64,000 nucleotides of DNA from an uncultured Ruminococcus sp. GTDB taxonomy: Bacteria > Bacillota > Clostridia > Oscillospirales > CAG-272. The notes below the pieces were generated by a model. That model saw nothing but the letters and a program-made list of their open reading frames with translations, made no database searches and was not told the DNA's origin. The position numbers and the translations under genes were made by a program. The stretch covers positions 2,335-66,334 of the forward strand of contig CACYYS010000005.1 of the NCBI GenBank assembly GCA_902778725.1. Direction: 5' to 3'. Below, piece by piece: positions 47,771 to 55,784 of the stretch (position 1 is its first letter; every line of letters starts with the position of its first letter).

Positions 47771-48547
47771 ATGTTCGACCCGAACGCCAAAGAAAATCCC
47801 CTCCTCCAGTTGAAGCATAAACGCCCCGGCTGGCACTTCTTTCTTTTCCCCGCCGAAAACGGCGTTCTCCTCCCCTGCCAGTTCTACCGCCCCGCCAACT
47901 TCACGATGCTGCATAACTACCCCGTCCTCTTCTTTATGCACGGGATGGGCTCGGTCGGCTCGGACGGCGAACATATCCGCAAACCGGAGATCACCTCGGT
48001 CCTCTCCCTCCTCACCGGCTCGCCCGAATACCGCAACAGCCTTGTCATCATCGCGCCCCAGACCACCCGCGAACATCCCTGGGTCAAGGTGAAGATCCCC
48101 GCGCTGCAGGGCGTCTGCCGGCAGACGGAGGAGCCCGTCGACTATCTCGCCGCCGCCAAGGAGCTTTTCGACCTCGCCCTCTCCAGCTTCCCCCTCGACT
48201 CCCGCCGCGTCTACGGCTGGGGCAACTCCATGGGCGCCTACGCCCTCTGGGACATCGCGACCCGCTGGCCCGACTTCTTCACGGCTTTCGTCGCCGTCGC
48301 GGGCGGCGGAGACCCGGAAAAGGCGGCCCGCATCGCCCATATCCCCGTCCGCGCCTTCCACGGGGACGCCGACAGGACCGTCGCCTACGACGGATCCCGC
48401 AAGATGATCGAAGCGATGAAAGCCGCCGGCGCAAAGGACGCCGAACTCATCACCTACGAGGGCGTCGGCCACCACTCCGCCCTCTGCTTCGGCGCCGCCG
48501 GCCGCGACCTCGACACCGTCGAATGGCTGTTCGCGCAAAGAAAGTAG
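47771..48547 (+). CDS. Alpha/beta hydrolase (esterase/peptidase S9-like)
   Basis: 258 aa; GNSMGAYALW nucleophile elbow, FHGDADRTVAY; no signal peptide. Confidence 0.8.
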   Translation: MFDPNAKENPLLQLKHKRPGWHFFLFPAENGVLLPCQFYRPANFTMLHNYPVLFFMHGMGSVGSDGEHIRKPEITSVLSLLTGSPEYRNSLVIIAPQTTREHPWVKVKIPALQGVCRQTEEPVDYLAAAKELFDLALSSFPLDSRRVYGWGNSMGAYALWDIATRWPDFFTAFVAVAGGGDPEKAARIAHIPVRAFHGDADRTVAYDGSRKMIEAMKAAGAKDAELITYEGVGHHSALCFGAAGRDLDTVEWLFAQRK

Positions 48548-48565
48548 AAGGAAAAAAGAAAGAAT

Positions 48566-48616
48566 CTTCCTTTTCTGAAGAAAAGGAAGCGAAAAGACTT
48601 TCCGAAAAGGGAAAGA
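48566..48616. repeat. Partial inverted copy of the aaaagtcttttgc / cttttcttcagaaaagg module of the dispersed element
   Basis: cttccttttctgaagaaaaggaagcgaaaagactttccgaaaaggg is the reverse complement of the module seen at about 9400-9435 and 59490-59545. Confidence 0.7.
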
Positions 48617-48643
48617 AACGGCTTTACAAAGTGAACAGAGGCC

Positions 48644-48675
48644 AAAAAGCCGGTCATGAGCGTGACCGGCTTTTT
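48644..48675. terminator. Bidirectional terminator hairpin
   Basis: A5-gccggtca-tgagcg-tgaccggc-T5. Confidence 0.7.
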
Positions 48676-48955
48676 GCATTGGGGAAAGACGGGACCCGCA
48701 AAAGCGATGCGCTTTCAAGGGCGTCCGCGTCTGCCCCCTTCCCGCGGCTCGCGTTTTTCCGGGCGCCGCCCGGCGTTTTTCTTTTTTTCCTTCTCTTCCT
48801 CCTCTTCCCCTTTTTCCTCCAGCGCGAGCGGGCGGTTTGCGGCGTAGAGCTTGCCGCTCCCGGTCAGATCCAACGCGATATACATACGATCGCCCCCTTT
48901 CCTCCCTTATGATACGAAAAGACCGGCCCGATAAAACGGACTGCAAACGGAAAGG

Positions 48956-48984
48956 TTGACAAACGCGCCGCGGCGGAGTAAAAT
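48956..48984 (+). promoter_or_regulatory. Sigma-70-type promoter (TTGACA, 17 nt, TAAAAT)
   Basis: Read directly, 40 nt upstream of the sortase start. Confidence 0.6.
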
Positions 48985-49024
48985 AAAGAAAACAAAAGGA
49001 AGAAAAAACGGAAGGAGAAAACAG

Positions 49025-49924
49025 ATGAAAAAGACCGTGCGGATCGTCCTGCTCTGTGTGTGCGCGGCGGTTTTTCTTTTCTCCGCCTTCAATCTGTTAA
49101 AGACCCTGAACAATTACCGCAAGGAAGCGGAAAACAGCAGGACCCAGCAGGAGCGGTTCCTTGAGACCGCGGCCCGCCCGGCGGAGAACGCGCCGGCGCC
49201 CGAGACGCTCGCGCCCCGCGGCGCCGTGACGCCGCCCGCCGAGACCTCCGCCCCCTCTCCGGCAGAGTCCGCGTCCGCCGGGACCGCGGCGCCCGCGGAG
49301 ACCGCGGCGCCCGCGCCGGAGACCGAGGGAGAGGAAACGCCCTTTACCTACACGCCGCAGGATCCCGACTTTGCCGTCAATTTCGAGGCGCTCCGGCAGC
49401 ACAACCCCGACGTGGTCGGCTGGCTCTACTGCGCCGGGACGCAGATCAACTACCCCGTCGTCAAGGGAGAGGACAACGAGTACTATCTGCACCGCGATCT
49501 GGAGGGGAACGAGCTTTACAGCGGGACGCTGTTCGTCGACTACCGCTGCTCGGAGATCGACCGCTGCCGCAACTACCTGATCTACGGCCACAGCATGAAG
49601 AACTACTCGATGTTCGGCTCGCTGCTGCTCTACAAGGATCCGGGCTACTACCGCCTGCACCCCTATATCTGGTTCATCACGCCGGACGCGCGCTACTGCC
49701 TCGACCTCTACGCCGGGTTTTACGTCGACGCCACCGCCGGGCTCTACCGTCCGGAGTTTTCCGCCTCTTCCCTCTCCGGGTGGCTCGACTACGCAAAGGA
49801 GCACTCCACCTTCCGCTCCGCCGTTGAGATCTCCCCGGAGGAGAACATCGTTACCTTTTCCACCTGCGCGTACGGCAACGAGACGCAGCGCTACGTCGTG
49901 CTCGCCAAGATCACAAAAGAGTAA
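49025..49924 (+). CDS. srtB: Class B sortase
   Basis: Start MKKTVRIVLL (49025) with ggaaggag RBS. N-terminal TM; NPDVVGWLY...YPVVKGEDNEYYLH, YGHSMKN, catalytic TFSTC. Confidence 0.88.
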   Translation: MKKTVRIVLLCVCAAVFLFSAFNLLKTLNNYRKEAENSRTQQERFLETAARPAENAPAPETLAPRGAVTPPAETSAPSPAESASAGTAAPAETAAPAPETEGEETPFTYTPQDPDFAVNFEALRQHNPDVVGWLYCAGTQINYPVVKGEDNEYYLHRDLEGNELYSGTLFVDYRCSEIDRCRNYLIYGHSMKNYSMFGSLLLYKDPGYYRLHPYIWFITPDARYCLDLYAGFYVDATAGLYRPEFSASSLSGWLDYAKEHSTFRSAVEISPEENIVTFSTCAYGNETQRYVVLAKITKE

Positions 49925-49996
49925 AACGGGAGGGAGCGCTCCGGGGAGGGGCGCTCCCCTCTTTCCCCCTCCTTTCCGAAAAACGCAAAAAAAGGC

Positions 49997-50025
49997 TTGA
50001 CAAGCGGAAAAGGGGGTGCTATAAT
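49997..50025 (+). promoter_or_regulatory. Sigma-70 consensus promoter (TTGACA, 17 nt, TATAAT) for rpmG-secE-nusG
   Basis: Read directly. Confidence 0.7.
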
Positions 50026-50132
50026 GTCATTACCTCTGCGAGGGGCTTTTTTTTCGCGCCTGAAAATCGCCTCGCAAGAGGGAGGTACAAGCGGCTTTGC
50101 CGCGAATTCGAACGAATACAGGAGGTGCCGAT

Positions 50133-50282
50133 ATGCGAGTCAAGATCACCCTGGCATGTACGGAGTGCAAGCAGAGAAACTACGATACCAAAAAGAACAA
50201 AAAGAACGACCCCGACAGGCTTGAACTCAACAAATACTGCCGTTTCTGCCGCAAACACACGCTGCACAAGGAAACGAAGTAA
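50133..50282 (+). CDS. rpmG: 50S ribosomal protein L33 (zinc-binding C+ form)
   Basis: 49 aa [17 protein letters not shown]...[14 protein letters not shown]. Confidence 0.95.
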   Translation: MRVKITLACTECKQRNYDTKKNKKNDPDRLELNKYCRFCRKHTLHKETK

Positions 50283-50371
50283 CGCGTTTTAGTCCTGCCC
50301 CGCCGGCGGCGACGGAGGGGCGAGAGGACGCACGGCGTGCAATCATTCTTCGCCGCAGATAAGGAGAAACC

Positions 50372-50626
50372 ATGGCAGAGAAAAAGGAAACCGTCAAAAA
50401 GGCAGCGGACAAACCGAAGAAGGACAAACCGTCCCTCGGAGCCAGGATCAAAAAGTTTTTCCGCGATTATGCCAGCGAGCTGAAAAAGATCACCTGGAGC
50501 CCGAAGAAAGACGTGAAGAACAACACGATCCTCGTGCTTGTTTCGATCGTTCTGATCGGCGTTTTCATCTTCCTCCTCGATCTGATCTTCTCCGGCGGCA
50601 TTTCGCTCCTCGGAAAGCTCTATTGA
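50372..50626 (+). CDS. secE: Preprotein translocase subunit SecE
   Basis: 84 aa; KFFRDYASELKKITWSPKKDV then a single TM; conserved position between rpmG and nusG. Confidence 0.9.
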   Translation: MAEKKETVKKAADKPKKDKPSLGARIKKFFRDYASELKKITWSPKKDVKNNTILVLVSIVLIGVFIFLLDLIFSGGISLLGKLY

Positions 50627-50638
50627 CGGGGAAGCGAC

Positions 50639-51187
50639 ATGAGCGATTTCAATGAAAGCAATCTCGGGCCGAGATGGTATGTGGCGCACACCTATTCCGG
50701 CTACGAGAACAAGGTCAAGACCAACCTCGAGAAGATCGTGGAGAACCGCGGCCTCGGGCACTTGATCTTTGAATGTGTCATCCCGGTCGAAAAGATCATC
50801 GAAAAGGACGGCGACGTGGAAAAGGAAGTCGAGTCGAAGATCTTCCCCTCCTACGTGCTCGTCAAGATGATCATGACGGACGAGAGCTGGCACGTCGTGC
50901 GCAACATCCGCGGCGTGACCGGATTCGTCGGTCCCGGGTCCCACCCCGTCCCGCTGACGGACGAGGAGGTGGAGGCTCTCCACGTGGAGGAGCCGTCCGT
51001 CCGCCTTTCCTACAAGGTGGGCGATACCGTCGTCATCGCGGGCGGCGTATTTGCCGGGTATAAGGGAACGGTCCAGGAGATCTCCGAGGATCAGAAGGAG
51101 CTCACCGTCCTCGTTTCCGCCGGCCGCCGCGAGATGCCGATCATGCTCAGCACGTCCGAAGTCAAAGCGGACAAAGACAACGCTTAA
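50639..51187 (+). CDS. nusG: Transcription termination/antitermination factor NusG
   Basis: 182 aa; [17 protein letters not shown] domain and C-terminal [21 protein letters not shown]. Confidence 0.95.
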   Translation: MSDFNESNLGPRWYVAHTYSGYENKVKTNLEKIVENRGLGHLIFECVIPVEKIIEKDGDVEKEVESKIFPSYVLVKMIMTDESWHVVRNIRGVTGFVGPGSHPVPLTDEEVEALHVEEPSVRLSYKVGDTVVIAGGVFAGYKGTVQEISEDQKELTVLVSAGRREMPIMLSTSEVKADKDNA

Positions 51188-51261
51188 AAAATTTCAGCGC
51201 AAAAGCGCAAAAATGTGGGAGGAAGCGACCCTTCCGAAAAACCACAGGAGGTATTTTCATT

Positions 51262-51687
51262 ATGGCAAAGAAAGTTACGGCTTATATCAAGCTCCAGCTT
51301 CCCGCCGGTCAGGCGACCCCTCAGCCGCCTGTCGGACCGGCTCTCGGCCCGCACGGCGTCCCCGCCCCGATCTTTTGTAAAGAGTTCAACGAGAGGACGA
51401 AGAACGATATCGGTCTGATCATCCCGGTCGTCATCACCGTGTACGCGGACCGTTCCTTCTCCTTCATCACGAAGACCCCCCCGGCGTCCGTCCTGATCCT
51501 GAAGGCGGCCGGCCTCGACAAGGCGTCCGGCGAGCCGAACAAGACGAAAGTCGCCAAGATCACCAAGGAGCAGGTCCGCAAGATCGCGGAGACCAAGGCT
51601 CCCGACCTGAACGCCGCTTCCGTGGAAGCCGCCATGAGCATGATCGCCGGTACGGCCCGCAGCATGGGCGTGACCGTTGAAGACTGA
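51262..51687 (+). CDS. rplK: 50S ribosomal protein L11
   Basis: 141 aa; [21 protein letters not shown]. Confidence 0.97.
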   Translation: MAKKVTAYIKLQLPAGQATPQPPVGPALGPHGVPAPIFCKEFNERTKNDIGLIIPVVITVYADRSFSFITKTPPASVLILKAAGLDKASGEPNKTKVAKITKEQVRKIAETKAPDLNAASVEAAMSMIAGTARSMGVTVED

Positions 51688-51701
51688 GGAGGGACCGAAC
51701 G

Positions 51702-52394
51702 ATGAAAAAAGGAAAGAAATACAACGCCGGTCTCGCCCTGATCGAGAAGGCCAAGCTCTACGACGCAAACGAGGCCGTTGATCTCGTCTGCAAGACCGCT
51801 ACCGCGAAATTTGACGAAACGATCGAGCTACACGTCCGCCTGGGCGTTGACAGCCGCCACGCCGACCAGCAGGTCAGAGGCGCGATCGTCCTCCCCCACG
51901 GCACCGGCAAGACCGTCCGCACCCTCGTGTTTGCGAAGGGCGAGCACGCCAAGGCCGCCGAAGAGGCGGGCGCCGACTACGTCGGAGCGGAGGATCTCGT
52001 CGCCAAGATCACCGGCGAGAACTGGTTTGAGTTCGACGTGGTCATCGCCACGCCCGACATGATGGGCGTGATCGGCCGTCTCGGTAAGGTCCTCGGCCCG
52101 AAAGGCCTGATGCCGAACCCGAAGGCCGGCACCGTCACGATGGACGTTGCCCGCGCCGTCAAAGAGGCGAAGGCCGGTAAGATCGAGTACCGTCTCGACA
52201 AGACCAACATCATCCACTGCCCGATCGGCAAGGCGTCCTTCGGACCGGAAAAGCTCGGGGAGAACTTCACCACCCTGATCAACGCGATCATCAAGGCAAG
52301 ACCCGCTTCCCTCAAAGGGCAGTACATCAAGTCCTGCGTCGTCGCGTCCACGATGGGTCCCGGCGTCAAGATCAACTACGCAAAGCTTGTTTGA
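51702..52394 (+). CDS. rplA: 50S ribosomal protein L1
   Basis: 230 aa; [26 protein letters not shown]. Confidence 0.97.
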   Translation: MKKGKKYNAGLALIEKAKLYDANEAVDLVCKTATAKFDETIELHVRLGVDSRHADQQVRGAIVLPHGTGKTVRTLVFAKGEHAKAAEEAGADYVGAEDLVAKITGENWFEFDVVIATPDMMGVIGRLGKVLGPKGLMPNPKAGTVTMDVARAVKEAKAGKIEYRLDKTNIIHCPIGKASFGPEKLGENFTTLINAIIKARPASLKGQYIKSCVVASTMGPGVKINYAKLV

Positions 52395-52402
52395 CACAGA
52401 TC

Positions 52403-52433
52403 GCGGCACGGTCTTCCGTGCCGCTTTCTTTTT
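52403..52433 (+). terminator. Rho-independent terminator after rplA
   Basis: gcggcacgg-tctt-ccgtgccgc followed by tttcttttt. Confidence 0.8.
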
Positions 52434-52442
52434 GGGAGAACT

Positions 52443-52919
52443 ATGGGAAAGAAAGAAGAAAAGACCAACGCGATGCGCATCCTCGACTCGCTCGGGATAC
52501 CGTATGATTTTTACCTGTACGACAACGTCGGCAGCGCCGACCGGGTCGCGGCGGCGCTCGGCGTCCCGCCGGACGAGCTCTACAAAACGCTCGTCACCGT
52601 CGGCAGATCCGGCAGGCATTACGTCTTTATGCTCCGGTGCGACGGCGAGCTCGACCTGAAAAAGGCGGCGCGCGCCGCAGGGGAGAAGGCGGTGGAGATG
52701 ATCCCGCAGAAAGAGCTCCTCCCCCTGACGGGGTACGTCCACGGCGGATGCTCCCCCGTCGGGATGAAAAAGCCCTTCCCCACCTTCCTTGACGGGATCG
52801 CGGAGGACAAGGAACGGATCTTCTGCTCCGGCGGCAGGATCGGCTGCCAGATCCGTCTCTCTCCCGCCGATCTGGTCCGCGCCTGCGGCGTCACCTTTGC
52901 GGATCTGATCCGGGAGTAA
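52443..52919 (+). CDS. ybaK: Cys-tRNA(Pro)/Cys-tRNA(Cys) deacylase YbaK
   Basis: 158 aa; TNAMRILDSLGIPY N-terminus, GYVHGGCSPVGMKK. Confidence 0.88.
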   Translation: MGKKEEKTNAMRILDSLGIPYDFYLYDNVGSADRVAAALGVPPDELYKTLVTVGRSGRHYVFMLRCDGELDLKKAARAAGEKAVEMIPQKELLPLTGYVHGGCSPVGMKKPFPTFLDGIAEDKERIFCSGGRIGCQIRLSPADLVRACGVTFADLIRE

Positions 52920-52923
52920 CGGA

Positions 52924-54174
52924 ATGAAGCTGCTTTCCGAATACCGCGGGCTGAAGCGGGAGAACTACGTCCTCTTCTTCGGCCGCGTCGTCACCAGCCT
53001 CGGCGCGATGGTATGGCCGATGCTGACGATGATCCTCAACCAGAAGCTGGGGATGGATGCAAGCGCCGTCGCGGTCTTTTCGGTTGTGACGGGGGCGTTC
53101 TACCTCCCCGCCAACCTGATCGGCGGCAAGCTTGCCGACCGCTGCGACAAGCGGAAGATCATCGTCGTCTGCGACCTGATCTCGGTCCTCTTTTACGTCG
53201 GCTGCGCCTTCTTGCCGATGAACGCCGTCACCATCGGCGTCGTGGCGGCGGCGGGGGTGTTCCAGTCGGTGGAGGGTCCCGCCTACACCGCGCTGATCGC
53301 CGACCTCAACCCCATCGCCGACCGGGGGCGCGCCTACTCCCTCGGCTACCTCGGCGCCAATCTCGGTATGGTCCTCTCCCCGACGATCGCGGGTTTCCTT
53401 TTCCGGAACTACCTGTGGCTCGCCTTTGTCATCAGCGGCGTCTCGATCGGGATCTCCACCGCGCTGATCTTCTTCTTCGTCCGGGACATCGTCCCCTGCG
53501 AGGAGGAGACGGAGGAGGCAAGCTACCAGAAGGGCCGGGAGGGGCTCTCCTTTTTCCGCGTTCTGCGAGAGAACCGCACCGTCCTTCTCTATCTCTTTGT
53601 GATGGCGTTCTATTTTGCCGCCTACTCGCAGTACGGCTATCTGATGCCGCTCGACCTCGGCCGCATCCACGGAGAGGACGGCGCCCCGCTCTACGGCAGT
53701 ATCGCCAGCGTCAACTGCATCATCGTGGTCCTCTTCACGCCGCTGATCACGCGGTTTTTCCTGCGCCTCGCGGGACCGAAAAAGACGGTCGCCGGCATCC
53801 TCCTGCTCCTTGTCGGCTATCTGGTCTTTCTCCTCGGGCTCGGCGCGGTCCCCGTTTACTATCTTGCGATGCTCCTCTTTACCTGGGGAGAGATCTTCAC
53901 CACGATCGCGGACGGTCCCTATCTCACCTCCCGCGTCCCGGCGACGCACCGGGGGCGGATCATCGGGCTCGGCTCGGTCGTGACGATGCTCTTCGAGGGA
54001 GCGGCGCGGCTCCTGCTCGGCCGGCTCTATGACGGCGCCGGACACGTCGCCGCGTGGATCGCCGTCTTCTCTCTGCTGACCGTCTCTCTCCTGCTCGGGC
54101 TGATCCTGATCCGCCGCGACCGGAAAACGTATCCGAAGCTCTACGAAACGCGGCGGGAAACGGAAAAGGAATAA
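52924..54174 (+). CDS. MFS transporter
   Basis: 416 aa, 12 predicted TM; GGKLADRCDKRK loop motif. Confidence 0.85.
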   Translation: MKLLSEYRGLKRENYVLFFGRVVTSLGAMVWPMLTMILNQKLGMDASAVAVFSVVTGAFYLPANLIGGKLADRCDKRKIIVVCDLISVLFYVGCAFLPMNAVTIGVVAAAGVFQSVEGPAYTALIADLNPIADRGRAYSLGYLGANLGMVLSPTIAGFLFRNYLWLAFVISGVSIGISTALIFFFVRDIVPCEEETEEASYQKGREGLSFFRVLRENRTVLLYLFVMAFYFAAYSQYGYLMPLDLGRIHGEDGAPLYGSIASVNCIIVVLFTPLITRFFLRLAGPKKTVAGILLLLVGYLVFLLGLGAVPVYYLAMLLFTWGEIFTTIADGPYLTSRVPATHRGRIIGLGSVVTMLFEGAARLLLGRLYDGAGHVAAWIAVFSLLTVSLLLGLILIRRDRKTYPKLYETRRETEKE

Positions 54175-54179
54175 AAACA

Positions 54180-54214
54180 CGGAGCCGAAAAAAGAGATCG
54201 GCTCCGGTTTTTTC
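54180..54214 (+). terminator. Rho-independent terminator after the MFS gene
   Basis: cggagccg / cggctccg stem followed by T6. Confidence 0.7.
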
Positions 54215-54243
54215 CCGAGTTTTTGATCTTTTTCAAAAATGCC

Positions 54244-54272
54244 TTGACATCCGCGTCCGGTTTTGCTATAAT
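54244..54272 (+). promoter_or_regulatory. Sigma-70 consensus promoter of tRNA-Pro (TTGACA, 17 nt, TATAAT)
   Basis: Read directly, -10 ends 13 nt before the tRNA 5' end. Confidence 0.75.
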
Positions 54273-54285
54273 AGTTTCCGCACGT

Positions 54286-54362
54286 CGGGGTGTGGCTCAG
54301 ATTGGTAGAGCGCTTGGTTCGGGACCAAGAGGTCGCAAGTTCAAATCTTGTCACTCCGACCA
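54286..54362 (+). tRNA. tRNA-Pro, anticodon CGG, CCA encoded
   Basis: Hand-folded cloverleaf. Acceptor CGGGGTG/CACTCCG; D-arm GCTC..GAGC; anticodon stem CTTGG/CCAAG with loop TTCGGGA; T-arm GCAAG-TTCAAAT-CTTGT; discriminator A then CCA. Confidence 0.92.
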
Positions 54363-54399
54363 TTTTTTAAGGGGCGTCCGCAGGACGCCCCTTAAAAAA
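54363..54399. other. Perfect 17-bp palindromic hairpin directly after the tRNA (possible terminator)
   Basis: ttttttaaggggcgtcc-gca-ggacgccccttaaaaaa. No clean U-tract outside the stem, so terminator function is uncertain. Confidence 0.45.
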
Positions 54400-54506
54400 T
54401 GCTTTTGATGGATGGAAAGATTTGAAGCCGGCGGAAAGCAAAGCGTCCGGGGGACGGTTTGCAGCCGGCTGTTCGCTGAAACGCTCCGGGGGAGCGTTTC
54501 GAGAGG

Positions 54507-54526
54507 AAATCTTGTCACTCCGACCA
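54507..54526 (+). repeat. Exact 20-nt direct repeat of the tRNA-Pro 3' end (att-like core)
   Basis: aaatcttgtcactccgacca is identical to 54343..54362. Flanking bases differ, so there is no second tRNA. Confidence 0.9.
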
Positions 54527-54600
54527 AAAATCCTGCGCGTAAGCGCGGGATTTTTCCTTATTCACTATTCACTCTTCACTATTCACTCTTCACTTTTCCC
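54526..54600 (+). repeat. Module 1: hairpin aaaaatcctgcgc-gtaa-gcgcgggattttt followed by 5 tandem TTCACTN heptamers (54561..54595)
   Basis: Read directly; direct repeat of module 2. Confidence 0.85.
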
Positions 54601-54630
54601 TCGTCCTTCTCCCCGCGCGGGTTTTTTGAA

Positions 54631-54672
54631 AGTAAGAAGTAAGAGTGAAGAGTGAAGAGGTGAAAGGTAGAA
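54631..54672 (-). repeat. Six tandem heptamers in inverted orientation (AGTAAGA/GTGAAGA, the complement of TCTTCAC)
   Basis: agtaaga agtaaga gtgaaga gtgaaga ggtgaaa ggtagaa. Confidence 0.8.
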
Positions 54673-54727
54673 GAAAATCGAAGGGAGCGAAAGTACCCGA
54701 CCCCTGCCGCGCCGCAAGAACACAGAT

Positions 54728-54800
54728 AAAAATCCCGCGCTTTTGCGCGGGTTTTTTCCTTCTTCACTCTTCACTATTCACTATTCACTCTTCACTATTC
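54728..54800 (+). repeat. Module 2: hairpin aaaaatcccgcgc-tttt-gcgcgggtttttt followed by 5 tandem TTCACTN heptamers (54763..54797)
   Basis: Read directly; same architecture and orientation as module 1. Confidence 0.85.
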
Positions 54801-54884
54801 CTTCCCTCTCCCCTTTTCCCGCTCTTTTCTTCTCAAAAAGCCTTTTATCCGCTTTGTTTTTCACAATATTTTTGTTTTTCTGTC

Positions 54885-54913
54885 TTGCAATTTCACAGGC
54901 GGTATGCTATCAT
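54885..54913 (+). promoter_or_regulatory. Candidate extended -10 promoter (TTGCAA, 17 nt, TGcTATCAT) for the secreted-protein operon
   Basis: Read directly in an AT-rich stretch 190 nt upstream of 55101. Confidence 0.5.
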
Positions 54914-55100
54914 AAAAAAAACGGTTTTTGCAAAAACCCGCAGGAAGACATTTGACAAACGGGAAAAAAACGCGGCATTTCCGTCAATCCGGCAATCTGC
55001 CAGGGCGCCGCGCCGCTTTTTTCCCCCCCGTTTTTCGGTGTTCCGCTCCCCGTCCGTGATCCCCGATGGGATAAAAATAAAAAAATCCAGGAGGCCACTT

Positions 55101-55784
55101 ATGAAAAGAATCCTCGCTCTCGCCCTTGCGCTCCTGCTGCTTTTCAGCCTGGCGGCTTGCAAAGGCAACAACCCCGGCAGCGGCACCAACACGCCCGCGG
55201 GCGGCACCGGAGAGAATCAGCCATCCGGCAGCGAGTCCGGTAACAGCAATCCTTCGCAGGGCGGCAGTAACGCCGAGGCGGCTAAACTCACCGGAAAGCT
55301 CAATCTCATCGAACTCGACGACAGGGATCCCTCGGTCCTGCGCGGCGTGACCATCAAGGGCAACCAGGCCGGCACCGCGGAAGGCTTCAACGGCAGAAAG
55401 TCGTCTCTTACCGACGTGCGCTGCGTTTTTGAACTGAACGAGTGGATCGAATTCTACCCGGATATCGACAAAGAGTACGGTCTGCGCGTCTGGATCCTCA
55501 AGCACCGCGACGATCAGGAGTATTACAACAAAGCCAAATTCTCCGATCTCGATCCGAACTTTGCAAACTTCTGCGATCTGCATTATCCCGCGGATGAGGA
55601 AAAACCGGATGAATGGCAATGGGGCAGCTTCTATCTGAACAAGGATGAATGCAAACCCGGCTATTACGATTTCGTCTTCACTTACGAGGGAAAAGCGATC
55701 GCCACTCTGCTGACCCGCTTCTATACCGCAGATGAGCTCACCGTCAAATCCGACGCTGAGCTGGAAGCGCTGATGCACGAATGA
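55101..55784 (+). CDS. Lipoprotein of unknown function (227 aa)
   Basis: aggagg RBS. Lipobox FSLAAC followed by a Gly/Ser/Asn-rich linker. Markedly lower GC than the surrounding core genes. Confidence 0.8.
   Translation: MKRILALALALLLLFSLAACKGNNPGSGTNTPAGGTGENQPSGSESGNSNPSQGGSNAEAAKLTGKLNLIELDDRDPSVLRGVTIKGNQAGTAEGFNGRKSSLTDVRCVFELNEWIEFYPDIDKEYGLRVWILKHRDDQEYYNKAKFSDLDPNFANFCDLHYPADEEKPDEWQWGSFYLNKDECKPGYYDFVFTYEGKAIATLLTRFYTADELTVKSDAELEALMHE

Noticed and set aside
50026-50132. Attenuator or leader structure upstream of rpmG
   Set aside because: There is only a weak 4-bp stem before the T-run (cctc-tgc-gagg), which is not enough evidence.
54400-54527. Second tRNA or tmRNA-like gene ending in the duplicated ...cactccgacca
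   Set aside because: Only the last 20 nt match. The would-be T-stem 5' strand (gagag) cannot pair with cttgt, and no D or anticodon arms can be drawn.
54412-55100. ORFs 54412..54642, 54422..54655, 54743..54955 and the 5' part of 54645..55784, encoding HYSLFTIH-type peptides
   Set aside because: They read through 7-nt-period repeats and terminator-like hairpins and have no RBS. The real lipoprotein gene starts at 55101 with an aggagg RBS.
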